Assembly: GCA_023259015.1 (NCBI GenBank)
Contig: JAHFRC010000002.1
Span: 2,856-66,855, forward strand
Direction: 5' to 3'
DNA from: Nitrosomonadales bacterium
Lineage (GTDB): Bacteria > Pseudomonadota > Gammaproteobacteria > Burkholderiales > Gallionellaceae
Length of the DNA: 64,000 nucleotides
Of this stretch, positions 1 to 9,834 are shown in pieces. The position numbers and the translations under genes are program-made. A model generated the notes under the pieces. That model saw only the letters and a program-made list of their open reading frames with translations. It had not been told where the DNA came from and did not search any database. Within the stretch, counting starts at the first letter, position 1. Each line of letters begins with the position of its first letter.

Positions 1-2
1 TT

Positions 3-368
3 CCAAACAAAGTAAGCCTGTCCGGGCATACTGATGCGCAAACCTACACCTATAGCGAAAAAGGATACAGCAACTGGGAATTGTCGGCGGATCGCGCAAA
101 TGCCGCGCGCCGTGAGTTGCTTATGGGAGGCATGGAAGAAAATAAAATAGTGCGCGTGGTCGGACTATCTTCAGCCGTGCTGTTCGACAAGACTGACCCG
201 CTTAACCCGCAAAACCGCCGCATCAGCCTCATTGTTATGAACAAAAAAGCGGAAGAATCTGCCCGCAATGATGGGGGTACAGTCGAAGTGGACAACGAAA
301 AAATTAGCGATTCCAACCAGGCGGTCAAGAGTGGAATAGAGGCTCTGCCACCACCTGCCATCAAGTAA
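3..368 (+). CDS. motB: Flagellar stator protein MotB, C-terminal part (5' end lies outside the window)
   Basis: The frame is open from the window edge. The translation ...GHTDAQTYTYSEKGYSNWELSADRANAARRELLMGG...NRRISLIVMNKK is the OmpA-like peptidoglycan-binding C-terminus typical of MotB. che genes follow it. Confidence 0.85.
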   Translation, partial: PNKVSLSGHTDAQTYTYSEKGYSNWELSADRANAARRELLMGGMEENKIVRVVGLSSAVLFDKTDPLNPQNRRISLIVMNKKAEESARNDGGTVEVDNEKISDSNQAVKSGIEALPPPAIK

Positions 369-408
369 AATTTTTGCTGCTTGCAGCGAGAATAAAACCC
401 AAAAAAAT

Positions 409-435
409 TAAAGTTTTCAGTTATGAAGCCGTTAT
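409..435 (+). promoter_or_regulatory. Sigma-28 (FliA)-type promoter candidate: TAAAGTTT-N11-GCCGTTAT
   Basis: TAAAGTTT at 409-416, an 11-nt spacer, then GCCGTTAT at 428-435. The -35 half matches the enterobacterial class-3 consensus TAAAGTTT-N11-GCCGATAA 8/8 and the -10 half matches 6/8. The site lies between motB and the MCP remnant/cheV. Confidence 0.55.
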
Positions 436-491
436 GAAACAGCAGGCTGTGGAAAGCTATTCACCTAAGATAGCAAAAAGGGCGTGGAAAA

Positions 492-1160
492 ATGAATAGT
501 TGGTGGAGTTCGTTATCTGTCAGAAATAAATTACAGATCCCTATTCAAGTAGTTTTATTGCTGATCATGGTAGTTGCCCAGTGCTGGGCATTCGACAAGT
601 TTGAGAAGCGCATTATGGAAGAGGCAAAGCAAAAAGCATTGATATCTGCGGATGGGGTTATCAATGGGTTGAATACGATGATGATCAATGGCAGCATCGG
701 CCAGGCAAGCCAGCGCCAATGCGCTTTCCCAACTGTCACAGGATAGCCTGCAGCAGGCAGCACAAGGCCAGCAAAGCCTGCAGGATAATGATAGGAGAAT
801 TGGGCAAGTTAGAAATGCCGTACAGCAGATAGCCAGCTCAGTCGAGGCATTTGTGAAAAGCACCAAGGCTATTTCCAGCATGACGCAGCAGGTGCACGAG
901 ATTGCCGAGCAAACCAACCTGCTGGTGTTGAACGCCGCTATCGAAGCGGCGCGGGCGGGCGAACAGGAGCGCGGCTTTGCAGTGGTGGCGGACGAAGTGC
1001 GTAAGCTGGCCAGGAAATCGCAAGCAACGTGGAAAATATCGCAGCGATGGCGGGGAGAAACAATGCAACCGCCATGCACACGGTACAAGCGATAAAGGGC
1101 ATGGAGCAACTTGCCAAAAATTTTGAAAGATATATGAAACATTTCAGGCTATGGCCATAG
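492..1160 (+). pseudogene. Decayed methyl-accepting chemotaxis protein gene (frameshifts plus internal deletions)
   Basis: The N-terminal TM and start of the sensor (492-746) end in a stop. The MCP signalling tip [36 protein letters not shown] continues in another frame (688-1095). The MCP C-terminal helix [42 protein letters not shown] sits in a third reading segment that ends at TAG 1158-1160. The total is about 220 codons against 540 in the intact paralogue at 7571-9193. Confidence 0.8.
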
Positions 1161-1214
1161 AATATAAAATGAAAAATTTTTTCGCATCCAGCAAATACTG
1201 TAACGGAGCCAACC

Positions 1215-2198
1215 ATGTCCGAATTGCTTAGAAATATAGATGCACGCACCAAGCTGGCGGGAACCAACAAGCTGGAAATCCTGATGTTCACGCTCGGTCT
1301 GGACTCCCGCACCGGGCGCCGCGAAACCTTTGGAATCAATGTGTTCAAGGTACGCGAGGTGATGCGCGTACCAGCTATTACCCGCGCGCCGGAAATGCCC
1401 GATGCTGTGGAGGGTATGGTAAGCCTGCGCGGGGCGCTGGTTCCGGTGGTTGACTTGGCGAAATATGCCAAGGTGCAGACCGATGTCAAACCGGGAATTC
1501 TGATAGTCACTGAATATAACGGCCACACACAAGGCTTTTTGGTCGAGGCGGTGGATACCATCCTGCGTATCGATTGGGCCGCCATGAAAGCGCCGCCGGA
1601 TATGCTTAATACCCAGATGGGCGGCCTGGTGACGGCAGTTACCGAACTGGCTGATGGGCGCCTGGTGATGATGATGGATGTGGAAAAGGTGTTGGCCGAA
1701 ACCGGACATTTTGACGATGAGATCGCATTAAAAGGCGTCCAGCCAATCAACGTGTCAGGGCGGACGGTATTTTTTGCCGACGATTCCTCAGTGGCGCGCA
1801 AACAGATCGAACGTACTCTGGATGCAATGCAGGTAAACCATATCTCCGCCATTAACGGCCTCAAGGCGTGGGAAGAACTGCAGAAAATAGCCAATTACGC
1901 CGAGTCGGCGAAGATTCCCGTAAGCGATATGGTGCAGATTATCCTGACCGACGTGGAAATGCCTGGAATGGACGGGTACATGCTCACGCGCAAGGTCAAG
2001 GAAGACAAACGCTTCGTCAATATTCCCGTGCTGATGCATTCGTCGCTTTCCGGCACTTCCAACCAGCAGCTTGGCAAATCCGTCGGTGTGGATGAATACG
2101 TGCCCAAGTTTGAACCGCAGAAGCTGGCGCAAACGCTCGAGCGTCTGCTGACCGGCAGCAGAATTACACAATCTGGCACGAAGCGCGTGCAGGGTTAA
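1215..2198 (+). CDS. cheV: CheV (CheW-like domain fused to a receiver domain), copy 1
   Basis: 327 aa. The N-terminal CheW-like region reads KLEILMFTLG...FGINVFKVREV...VSLRG. The C-terminal REC reads VFFADDSSVARK...ILTDVEMPGMDGY...DEYVPKF. A GGAG RBS precedes the ATG. Confidence 0.9.
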   Translation: MSELLRNIDARTKLAGTNKLEILMFTLGLDSRTGRRETFGINVFKVREVMRVPAITRAPEMPDAVEGMVSLRGALVPVVDLAKYAKVQTDVKPGILIVTEYNGHTQGFLVEAVDTILRIDWAAMKAPPDMLNTQMGGLVTAVTELADGRLVMMMDVEKVLAETGHFDDEIALKGVQPINVSGRTVFFADDSSVARKQIERTLDAMQVNHISAINGLKAWEELQKIANYAESAKIPVSDMVQIILTDVEMPGMDGYMLTRKVKEDKRFVNIPVLMHSSLSGTSNQQLGKSVGVDEYVPKFEPQKLAQTLERLLTGSRITQSGTKRVQG

Positions 2199-2212
2199 CA
2201 AGGAGATAAATC

Positions 2213-3190
2213 ATGTCGCTAGCAGAACTACAAACCACCTCAATGAGGGCCTTGCAGCCGGCAGAGGGCGGCCTGTTTGACAATGTGGATGCGAGAACCA
2301 GCCTGGCCGGATCCAACAAAATGGAGATCCTGCTGTTTTCGCTTGGCACGCAGGAAATATTTGGCATCAATGTATTCAAGGTGAAGGAAGTGTGCCGCGC
2401 CATGCACATTACCAAAACCCCCAACATGCCGAATGGCGTGGACGGCATCGTGTCGTTGCGCGGGCATATTATTCCGGTGTTGACCCTGGCCAAATTCCTG
2501 GGGTTCAACGGAAATGCGCCGAGTGCGCAGAATACCATGATGGTGGCCGAATATAGCCGCCACATTCTCGGTTTCCTGGTGCATAAAGTAGATCGCATCA
2601 TCCGTGTGGACTGGGATAAGGTGCGCCCTGCAGAAGGCATGCTGGCGGGTGACGAGGGCATGGTCACCGCAATCACCGAGTTGCCGGACGGCAAGCTGGT
2701 TTCATTGCTGGACGTCGAGCAAATTCTCGCTAGCGCATTCGGGGAAGATGTGGTGGATAACATCGAGAAGGTGGAAAGAGGGCATGAATTATGTGTCTTT
2801 TTCGTGGATGATTCTGGTGTGGCCCGTAAGAAAATAAGCGAACTGCTCGACAAGATGAGTGTGAAACACATGCAGGCAAACAATGGGCTGGAAGGATGGG
2901 AGCGGCTGAAGGGTTTGGCGGACGCTGCCCAGCATAGCGGCATAAGCCTGCATGACCAGATACAAATTATATTGGTGGATGCAGAAATGCCGGAGATGGA
3001 CGGTTACGTGTTAACCCAGCACATAAAGGCTGATAAACGTTTCGACGGCATCCCGGTGGTAATGCATTCTTCATTGTCGTCCGAAGCCAATCGGGATATG
3101 GGAAAACGGGTAGGGGTTGATTACTATGTTCCCAAGTTTGATGCGGCGGTGCTGGCCAATACATTGCGCCCCCTGCTGGCAACAAAGTAA
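2213..3190 (+). CDS. cheV: CheV (CheW-REC fusion), copy 2, tandem paralogue
   Basis: 325 aa with the same architecture: KMEILLFSLG...FGINVFKVKEV...VSLRG, then VFFVDDSGVARK...ILVDAEMPEMDGY...DYYVPKF. An AGGAG RBS is present. Confidence 0.9.
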   Translation: MSLAELQTTSMRALQPAEGGLFDNVDARTSLAGSNKMEILLFSLGTQEIFGINVFKVKEVCRAMHITKTPNMPNGVDGIVSLRGHIIPVLTLAKFLGFNGNAPSAQNTMMVAEYSRHILGFLVHKVDRIIRVDWDKVRPAEGMLAGDEGMVTAITELPDGKLVSLLDVEQILASAFGEDVVDNIEKVERGHELCVFFVDDSGVARKKISELLDKMSVKHMQANNGLEGWERLKGLADAAQHSGISLHDQIQIILVDAEMPEMDGYVLTQHIKADKRFDGIPVVMHSSLSSEANRDMGKRVGVDYYVPKFDAAVLANTLRPLLATK

Positions 3191-3284
3191 TAGGATGCCC
3201 GCAGAGGTTCTCGCACCATGAGGATACAGGGAATCAACTAGGCGATAAATCGCATATGGAATTGGCAGTAACGGGAGGATTATT

Positions 3285-3674
3285 GTGGTTGACGCAAACA
3301 TGAAATTTCTGATCGTGGACGATTTTTCCACCATGCGGCGCATCGTGCGCAACCTGCTCAAGGAGCTTGGTTTCACCAATGCGCAAGAGGCCGAGGACGG
3401 CGTTGATGCGCTGAATAAACTGCGCGGGGAAGATTTTGATTTCGTTGTATCGGACTGGAACATGCCCAACATGACCGGGATCGAGCTGCTCAGGGCTATC
3501 CGCGCAGACGCAAAACTTAAACACTTGCCGGTGTTGATGGTGACCGCTGAGGCCAAGCGCGAAAATATCATTGAGGCAGCACAGGCGGGAGCCAGCGGCT
3601 ATGTGGTCAAGCCGTTTACTGCCGGCACGCTGGATGAAAAGCTGAAGAAGATCTTTGAGAAAATGCCTAAGTGA
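3285..3674 (+). CDS. cheY: Chemotaxis response regulator CheY
   Basis: [24 protein letters not shown]...[10 protein letters not shown]...[10 protein letters not shown]...YVVKPFT is near-identical in its motifs to E. coli CheY. A GTG at 3285 sits 6 nt after GGGAGG. An alternative ATG lies at 3300. Confidence 0.95.
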   Translation: MVDANMKFLIVDDFSTMRRIVRNLLKELGFTNAQEAEDGVDALNKLRGEDFDFVVSDWNMPNMTGIELLRAIRADAKLKHLPVLMVTAEAKRENIIEAAQAGASGYVVKPFTAGTLDEKLKKIFEKMPK

Positions 3675-3682
3675 GAGATGCC

Positions 3683-4405
3683 ATGACCGATAACACACAA
3701 GATTCAGACGATTTGGAAGCGCTGTTTGACAGCATCGTCTCGGCAAACAGCCAGCAAGAGGCGGCTGGCGAAGCTTCCCCTCCAGGAGATGAAAGCAAAT
3801 CGCCGGACAAGGTAATCAACAAGATTGGACACATGGCGCGCTCCCTGCATGACACACTGCGCGAATTGGGTTATGACAAAAATCTGGAAAGGGCTGCATC
3901 TTCCATTCCAGATGCGCGCGACCGCCTCAATTATGTTGCCACCATGACCGAGAAAGCAGCCGAGCGTGTGCTGAATGCCACCGACGCTGCACAGCCGGTA
4001 GTGGAAAAAATTGAAGTCGAGTCGCAGCGGCTTGCACGCGAATGGCAGAAGCTCTTTGATAAACAGCTCAATGTCGAGCAGTTCAAGAACTTGGCCATGC
4101 AAACCCATGCGTTTCTTGCTGATGTACCCAAGCAAACCAAGGCGACCAACGCCTACCTGATGGAGATCATGATGGCCCAGGATTTCCAGGATCTTACTGG
4201 GCAGGTCATCAAGAAGATCGTTGCAGTAACGCAGCAAATGGAAAAACAATTGCTGGAGTTGTTGGTCGAAAATCCTCCCTCCACCGCCAATCCGGATGCC
4301 TATGCCGGAATGCTGAATGGCCCCGTGATAAATGCGGCAGGACGCACCGATGTGGTGACCGGCCAGGATCAAGTGGACGAGTTGCTGGCAAATCTCGGGT
4401 TCTAA
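3683..4405 (+). CDS. cheZ: CheY-P phosphatase CheZ
   Basis: It carries the MAQDFQDLTGQVIKKIV active-site helix motif and an acidic N-terminus, and it sits between cheY and cheA. The ORF is open from GTG 3671. ATG 3683 was chosen as the start. Confidence 0.85.
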   Translation: MTDNTQDSDDLEALFDSIVSANSQQEAAGEASPPGDESKSPDKVINKIGHMARSLHDTLRELGYDKNLERAASSIPDARDRLNYVATMTEKAAERVLNATDAAQPVVEKIEVESQRLAREWQKLFDKQLNVEQFKNLAMQTHAFLADVPKQTKATNAYLMEIMMAQDFQDLTGQVIKKIVAVTQQMEKQLLELLVENPPSTANPDAYAGMLNGPVINAAGRTDVVTGQDQVDELLANLGF

Positions 4406-4408
4406 AAA

Positions 4409-6259
4409 ATGAACGATTTTGCAGGCATGGAAGAATTGATGCAGGACTTCCTGACGGAAGCTTCCGACCTGCTGTCTGACGTCGACAGCAAGCTGATGGG
4501 CCTGGAAAAATCACCCCATGACCGCGACCTGCTTAATGTCATTTTCCGTGGCTTTCATACCATCAAAGGCGGCGCCGGATTTCTCAACGCGACAGAATTG
4601 GTCACCCTGTGCCATCTCACGGAAAACCTGTTTGACAAGTTGCGCAACGGCGAGTTGGTTTTGACCGCCGAACTTATGGATGTAATTTTTTCCGCTACCG
4701 GTGAGGTTCGGCAAATGTTTGGGGCGCTGGCACAAAACCGGCAGCCGGACGCCGCACCGCCGCATATCATAGCCGCATTGCATGCTGCGCTGAAGGGCGA
4801 AACAATGGCAGCAGCAAAAGTAGCGCAAGCTACAGCACCGCAATCCGCACTATCGGCAGTGCCGCAGTCTACTGATGGATTGGACTGGAATTTGTTATAC
4901 CAAACCTTGGTGGGCGGCGCTGCACCCGCAACGGCTCAAGCGTCGCCTACCGCTGCTGCACCAACGAATACGGCACCTCATTCTGCAGAACAGCAGAAGA
5001 TCAACTCGCTCGGCAGGCGGACAGCCGATATTCCCGGCAACAAGGCGCCGCCTGCTGGCCGCCGCGAAAATGAGGCAGCCAAGGACAACACCATACGTGT
5101 GGACACCGACCGGTTGGATCAGGTGCTCAATCTTTCCGGCGAAATCGGGTTGACCAAGAACCGCTTGACTCATCTGCGCAGCGACTTGATGCAAGGGCGC
5201 TCGGATGCGCCCACATTGCGTGCCCTTGATCAATCAGTCAGTCAGCTCGACATGCTGGTGGTAAGTTTGCAAAACGCCGTAATGAAAACGCGCATGCAGC
5301 CCATCGGCCGTTTATTCAATAAATATCCACGCTTGGCGCGTGACCTGGCACGCCAACTGGGCAAGGATGTAGAGCTGGTGTTATCAGGTGAAGAGACCGA
5401 AATTGACAAGACCATGATTGAGGATCTCAATGATCCATTGGTGCATTTGATTCGTAATGCGGTTGATCACGGCGTGGAAGAGCCGGCACAGCGCGCGGCG
5501 GTAGGCAAGCCGGAAAAAAGCCTGGTTCATCTTGGTGCGCGCCAGGAAGGCGACCACATCCTCATCACTATATTGGATGATGGCAAGGGCATGCGTCCCG
5601 AAGTAATCCGCAACAAGGCAATCGAAAAGGGCTTGATCAGCGCAGAAACAGCCAACAGTTTGGATGACGAGCAATGCCTTGGACTTATTTTCTTGCCGGG
5701 GTTTTCAACCAAGGATGAAATTTCCAGCGTCTCCGGACGAGGTGTCGGCATGGATGTGGTAAAAACCAATATCCAGAAACTGAAAGGTTCCATCAGCATC
5801 AAATCCGAATCTGGCAAAGGCAGCGAATTCACTATTTCTCTTCCACTTACTCTTGCCATCCTGCCGGTGTTGCTATTGCGCCTGTGCAACCAGTCATTTG
5901 CCGTACCTTTGTCACTGGTGCGGGAAATTCTTTCGGTATCGCAAGAAGAACTGCAAATGGTTTCCGGCAAACCAACCATGGTTGTGCGCGGTGAAGTGTT
6001 GCCGGTGCTGTCATTGGCCAAGTTGATAGGCTGGGAGCAGACAGAAATACCGGAAGTGGGAGTGTTGATGCAAGTGGGCAGCAGCAGCTTCATTCTCTCT
6101 GCAGATGGTTTTGCGGGCCATGACGATGTGGTAATCAAGTCTTTGGACACTTTCCGCCCCAAGGGGGTGGCAGGTGTAACCATGTCCAGTGAAGGAGAGA
6201 TTGTATTGATCTTGGACATAAAGGAGTTGCTTGGTGAAGTACGCGGGCATAGTTCATAA
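4409..6259 (+). CDS. cheA: Chemotaxis histidine kinase CheA
   Basis: 616 aa. The Hpt region reads FRGFHTIKGGAGFL. The dimerisation segment reads IRVDTDRLDQVLNLSGE. The HATPase region reads HLIRNAVDHG...DDGKGM...GRGVGMDVV, and a CheW-like P5 domain follows at the C-terminus. Confidence 0.95.
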   Translation: MNDFAGMEELMQDFLTEASDLLSDVDSKLMGLEKSPHDRDLLNVIFRGFHTIKGGAGFLNATELVTLCHLTENLFDKLRNGELVLTAELMDVIFSATGEVRQMFGALAQNRQPDAAPPHIIAALHAALKGETMAAAKVAQATAPQSALSAVPQSTDGLDWNLLYQTLVGGAAPATAQASPTAAAPTNTAPHSAEQQKINSLGRRTADIPGNKAPPAGRRENEAAKDNTIRVDTDRLDQVLNLSGEIGLTKNRLTHLRSDLMQGRSDAPTLRALDQSVSQLDMLVVSLQNAVMKTRMQPIGRLFNKYPRLARDLARQLGKDVELVLSGEETEIDKTMIEDLNDPLVHLIRNAVDHGVEEPAQRAAVGKPEKSLVHLGARQEGDHILITILDDGKGMRPEVIRNKAIEKGLISAETANSLDDEQCLGLIFLPGFSTKDEISSVSGRGVGMDVVKTNIQKLKGSISIKSESGKGSEFTISLPLTLAILPVLLLRLCNQSFAVPLSLVREILSVSQEELQMVSGKPTMVVRGEVLPVLSLAKLIGWEQTEIPEVGVLMQVGSSSFILSADGFAGHDDVVIKSLDTFRPKGVAGVTMSSEGEIVLILDIKELLGEVRGHSS

Positions 6260-6268
6260 GGAAATATC

Positions 6269-7504
6269 ATGCAAACACTCAACCCACAATTTGAAAAAAG
6301 CGCTGAACCGACGGCCCAGCAATTTGGTAACGGCGGCAAGCTGCTGGCCATTGTTGCGGCTACCATGCTGTTGCACTGGGGCACAGCTGGAATGGCAACG
6401 GGGATTTCGGCACTGGGGCTGCACATTACCGTCACAGCCATAGCTGTTATTTTAGTTTGGCTTGCCTGTTTTCAACAGCAAAGCAATAAAACCAGCGACG
6501 CTATGCCAGTCGCATATGAAAGCTGTGGGCTTGATAACGTGCTGCTGCAAACACACTCTGAATTTGCCACCCATTTTGCCGGAGCAAATGACGACCTGGC
6601 GCAAGTGCAGGCATTAATAGGCGATGCGATAGGGAAATTGCTCAGCAGTTTTGACGGAATGCATCATTTGATCCAGGCACAGCGCGATGCGGCGCTCTCC
6701 ATAATTGAAGGGCAACCTGGCGAAAGAAATGTATCCATTGAAAGCTCGCTGGATGAAACCACGGAAACCCTTAAGGCGCTGGTTGGCAGCATTATAAACA
6801 ACAGCAAGATAGGCGTGGAGCTGGTGGAGAAAATGGAGGGCGTCAGCCAACAAGTATCTGGTATTCTGCTTATCCTCCGCGAAATTGATGCCATCTCCAA
6901 ACAAACCAACCTGTTGGCGCTTAATGCTGCCATTGAGGCTGCGCGTGCGGGAGAATCCGGTCGCGGGTTTGCAGTAGTGGCGGATGAGGTGCGCAAACTG
7001 TCGGCACGCGCCGAACACTTTAGCGCGCAGATACGCGCGAGTGTCAATCTGGTGCGCAAATCCATTTCTGATACCGAGCAATCCATCAACCAGATGGCTT
7101 CACTGGATATGGTTTTCGCCTTGGAGTCTAAATCAAGACTGGATACCATCATGCAGCGCGTGCAGTTAACGAACCAGAATATGTCACAAGTAATCGTCAA
7201 GCAGAACGAGATTGCCAGCCAGGTGGATCAAGTGGTTGGCAGCGCCGTTACCTCGCTGCAATTCCAGGATTTGGTAAGCCAGTTATTGCAGCACTCCAGG
7301 CTGCGCCTCGAAAGCATGCAGCATGCTTGGGGCAGGATGGGTACCCTGGCCCAGGAAGAGAAGAACGGCAAAGCCACTTCGGCGACCGAGGTGGAAGTGG
7401 TGCACAAAGAAATTACCGAAATATTCAAGCGTGCCAATGAAACGTGCCAACGCAACCCAGTGCGCCAGGAACATATGCAAAGTGGCGACATTGACCTGTT
7501 TTAA
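6269..7504 (+). CDS. Methyl-accepting chemotaxis protein, short form without an obvious periplasmic sensor
   Basis: 411 aa. Two closely spaced hydrophobic segments lie near the N-terminus. The signalling tip reads [35 protein letters not shown]. The C-terminal part is atypical ([11 protein letters not shown] ... GDIDLF). Confidence 0.85.
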   Translation: MQTLNPQFEKSAEPTAQQFGNGGKLLAIVAATMLLHWGTAGMATGISALGLHITVTAIAVILVWLACFQQQSNKTSDAMPVAYESCGLDNVLLQTHSEFATHFAGANDDLAQVQALIGDAIGKLLSSFDGMHHLIQAQRDAALSIIEGQPGERNVSIESSLDETTETLKALVGSIINNSKIGVELVEKMEGVSQQVSGILLILREIDAISKQTNLLALNAAIEAARAGESGRGFAVVADEVRKLSARAEHFSAQIRASVNLVRKSISDTEQSINQMASLDMVFALESKSRLDTIMQRVQLTNQNMSQVIVKQNEIASQVDQVVGSAVTSLQFQDLVSQLLQHSRLRLESMQHAWGRMGTLAQEEKNGKATSATEVEVVHKEITEIFKRANETCQRNPVRQEHMQSGDIDLF

Positions 7505-7570
7505 TGGCATTGTCCGGCATGAAATGGTTTGCTGGAATAAATAGACGGGTGTTTCAGAAAGGATGGGCAA

Positions 7571-9193
7571 ATGTTAAACGATATGAAAATCAGCACACAG
7601 TTATCGATTCTGCTGGTGTTCATGCTGGTGGGAATGGTGTTGACTGGCGGGTTGGGACTGTACGTTTCCGGCAAGGTTAATAGCAAGCTGGAAGAGGTAT
7701 TTGACCAGAAATTAGTACCGATCGTACAACTGACTGCCATCGCCAAAGCGAATTTGAATAACCGGCTGGCCATATCCAATTCGGTAATTCAACCAGAGAA
7801 TATACCAAACTATATTCAGGAGATAGGCAAGAACAAAGCCGAAATTGACCGCCAATGGGAAGCATTTTCAAAATCCCTGACTGATGAAGAGGACCAGGTG
7901 CTGGCGGCAAAATTTGCCCAAGTGCGTGGGCGTTTTGTCGAAGAAGGGATCAAACCGGCTGTGGCTGCGATGCGCGACAGTAATCTAGCCGAGATCAAGC
8001 GCATACAAGTAGAACATGTTGCCCCCATGTATGCGCCCATGTTCGAGGCACTGGACGCTCTGATCGAAATGGAAAAGCGCGATTCCGAAAAATTGCACGA
8101 AGAATCAGTCACCGCCTTCAAAACCATGCGCATTTTATCCATCGGAATGATCTTGATTGGCTCGGTATTATCTATCATTCTGGGTTTTTCAATCATAAGC
8201 GGCGTCAATCGCTCGGTGAGCGAATTGAGCAGTGTGATGATAACAATGTCAGCAGATGGCAATTTGAGCGCACGCGCCAAGGTATATGGCAAGAATGAAA
8301 TCGGCAAGGCTACAATAGCATTCAATGCCTTGCTTGACAGTTTCACCAAAATTATTGGAAAAGTACTTGCCAATTCAAGCGCCGTGTCCAACACCGCAAC
8401 GCAGCTCTCACAATCCTCATTTCAAATAGCGCAAAGCTCGCAGACACAAAGTGAGGCTTCCGCTGCCACCGCAGCATCGGTTGAGCAAATTACTGTAAGC
8501 ATTAATTCGGTTGCCGCCAATACAGAAGATTTGCGCAAACTGGCCGAGAAAAGCCTGGATCAAACCCGGCAAGGCAATCAGAGTGTCACGGCAATGATCG
8601 GTGAGGTGCAGAGCGTGCAAGAAGCAGTCAACCAAATAGCCGAGTCAGTCAAAGAGTTTGTAGGAAGTACACAAGCTATTGCTGGCATGACCCAGCAAGT
8701 AAAGGATATTGCCGAGCAAACCAATTTGTTGGCGTTAAATGCGGCCATTGAGGCAGCGCGCGCCGGTGAACAAGGACGAGGCTTTGCGGTAGTGGCTGAT
8801 GAAGTGCGCAAGTTGGCGGAGAAATCTGCGCAGGCTGCCAATGAAATAGACCAAGTAACCAGCTTGCTGAATGGGAAATCAACCCAAGTTGAAAAAGCCG
8901 TACAAGCTGGATTGCATTCCCTGCAAACTACACAGGAACAGATTGGACGTGTTTCATCCATATTGACCGAAGCTGGGGAGTCGGTATTGCAATCCAGCCA
9001 TGGTGTAAATGATATTGCTGCTTCGGTAAATGAGCAAAGCTTGGCGAGCAATGAAATTGCACGTAATGTTGAAAAGATTGCGCAAATGTCAGAAGAAAAC
9101 CATGCGGCGGTGGAATCAAATGCTCAAGACATTAAGCGGCTGGAACAGTTGGCTAATGAATTGCAGTGTATGGTAAGTCGATTCAATGTATAA
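7571..9193 (+). CDS. Methyl-accepting chemotaxis protein (four-helix-bundle type sensor, HAMP, MCP signalling domain)
   Basis: 540 aa. The layout is TM1, a helical periplasmic region of about 170 aa, TM2, then HAMP. The tip reads [39 protein letters not shown], and the protein ends in SRFNV. Confidence 0.9.
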   Translation: MLNDMKISTQLSILLVFMLVGMVLTGGLGLYVSGKVNSKLEEVFDQKLVPIVQLTAIAKANLNNRLAISNSVIQPENIPNYIQEIGKNKAEIDRQWEAFSKSLTDEEDQVLAAKFAQVRGRFVEEGIKPAVAAMRDSNLAEIKRIQVEHVAPMYAPMFEALDALIEMEKRDSEKLHEESVTAFKTMRILSIGMILIGSVLSIILGFSIISGVNRSVSELSSVMITMSADGNLSARAKVYGKNEIGKATIAFNALLDSFTKIIGKVLANSSAVSNTATQLSQSSFQIAQSSQTQSEASAATAASVEQITVSINSVAANTEDLRKLAEKSLDQTRQGNQSVTAMIGEVQSVQEAVNQIAESVKEFVGSTQAIAGMTQQVKDIAEQTNLLALNAAIEAARAGEQGRGFAVVADEVRKLAEKSAQAANEIDQVTSLLNGKSTQVEKAVQAGLHSLQTTQEQIGRVSSILTEAGESVLQSSHGVNDIAASVNEQSLASNEIARNVEKIAQMSEENHAAVESNAQDIKRLEQLANELQCMVSRFNV

Positions 9194-9220
9194 GCTATAG
9201 TAGTTTCGATTTGATCTGAC

Positions 9221-9242
9221 ACCTCACTTGCAAAAGTGAGGT
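9221..9242 (+). terminator. Stem-loop just downstream of mcp (possible terminator, no U-tract)
   Basis: ACCTCACTT-GCAA-AAGTGAGGT forms a perfect 9-bp stem with a GCAA tetraloop, 28 nt after the stop codon. No T-run follows it. Confidence 0.35.
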
Positions 9243-9432
9243 ACCTACCAGCGCACACATCAAGGCAAGATGTGCTGTGGCAGAATGCCTATTGAAACCA
9301 TGATTGCCGGAAAGGAGATTTGGAACGAAGAAGTTGATAAACTGAACTCGATCTAACAGCAACCGCATAGCTCAGAATCGGTAACTGCCAGATCAAGTTT
9401 GAACTACTACATATTAATTTAAAAAATACTTG

Positions 9433-9834
9433 ATGAACACTACTCCGAAAACCTGTCCACTACTATTCATCGTCGACGACAATCCGTTCTTTGGCGACCT
9501 TATTGTTAATGCGATCCACAAGGGCGGTTACGAGTCCTATTCTATTTTGAGCGGCCAAGACTTGCTTGACCGTCTTTCTGAAAGGCCGGATGTCATCGTT
9601 CTAGATATTAGCATGCCAGATATGGATGGCATTGAGGTAATTAAAGCGTTGGCAAAGGCTCAATATCGTGGTCGGCTAATCTTGTGCAGTGGATTTTTGC
9701 CAGACATAATTGATGCCGCAGCTGACATTGCAAAAGGCAGCGGCTTAAACCTTGTGGGCACAATGATCAAACCATTTCGGGTAGCGCAGCTGTTGGAATT
9801 ACTTGCATCGCCGGTTTCCGATGAAACTGCGTGA
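9433..9834 (+). CDS. Stand-alone receiver-domain response regulator
   Basis: About 133 aa of REC only. The acidic pocket is FIVDD, the phospho-acceptor context is VLDISMPDMDG, and CSG and KPF sit at the T87/K109-equivalent positions. No output domain is present. The ORF is open from TTG 9430. Confidence 0.8.
   Translation: MNTTPKTCPLLFIVDDNPFFGDLIVNAIHKGGYESYSILSGQDLLDRLSERPDVIVLDISMPDMDGIEVIKALAKAQYRGRLILCSGFLPDIIDAAADIAKGSGLNLVGTMIKPFRVAQLLELLASPVSDETA

Noticed and set aside
938-1894. A 318-aa minus-strand ORF. Similar long antisense ORFs lie at 2164-2943, 5527-6441, 32020-32682, 32802-33554, 41062-41742, 53205-54470 and 56261-56806.
   Set aside because: Each lies entirely antisense to a gene with unmistakable family motifs (cheV, cheA, fliF, fliG, fliR, flgE-G, flgI). 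Their products are low-complexity and Ser/Arg/Ala-rich, as expected for shadow frames of GC-biased coding DNA.
9269-9355. A 28-codon ATG ORF (MCCGRMPIETMIAGKEIWNEEVDKLNSI) in the spacer before the orphan response regulator.
   Set aside because: It has no RBS and no recognisable features, and it is too short to support without expression or conservation data.
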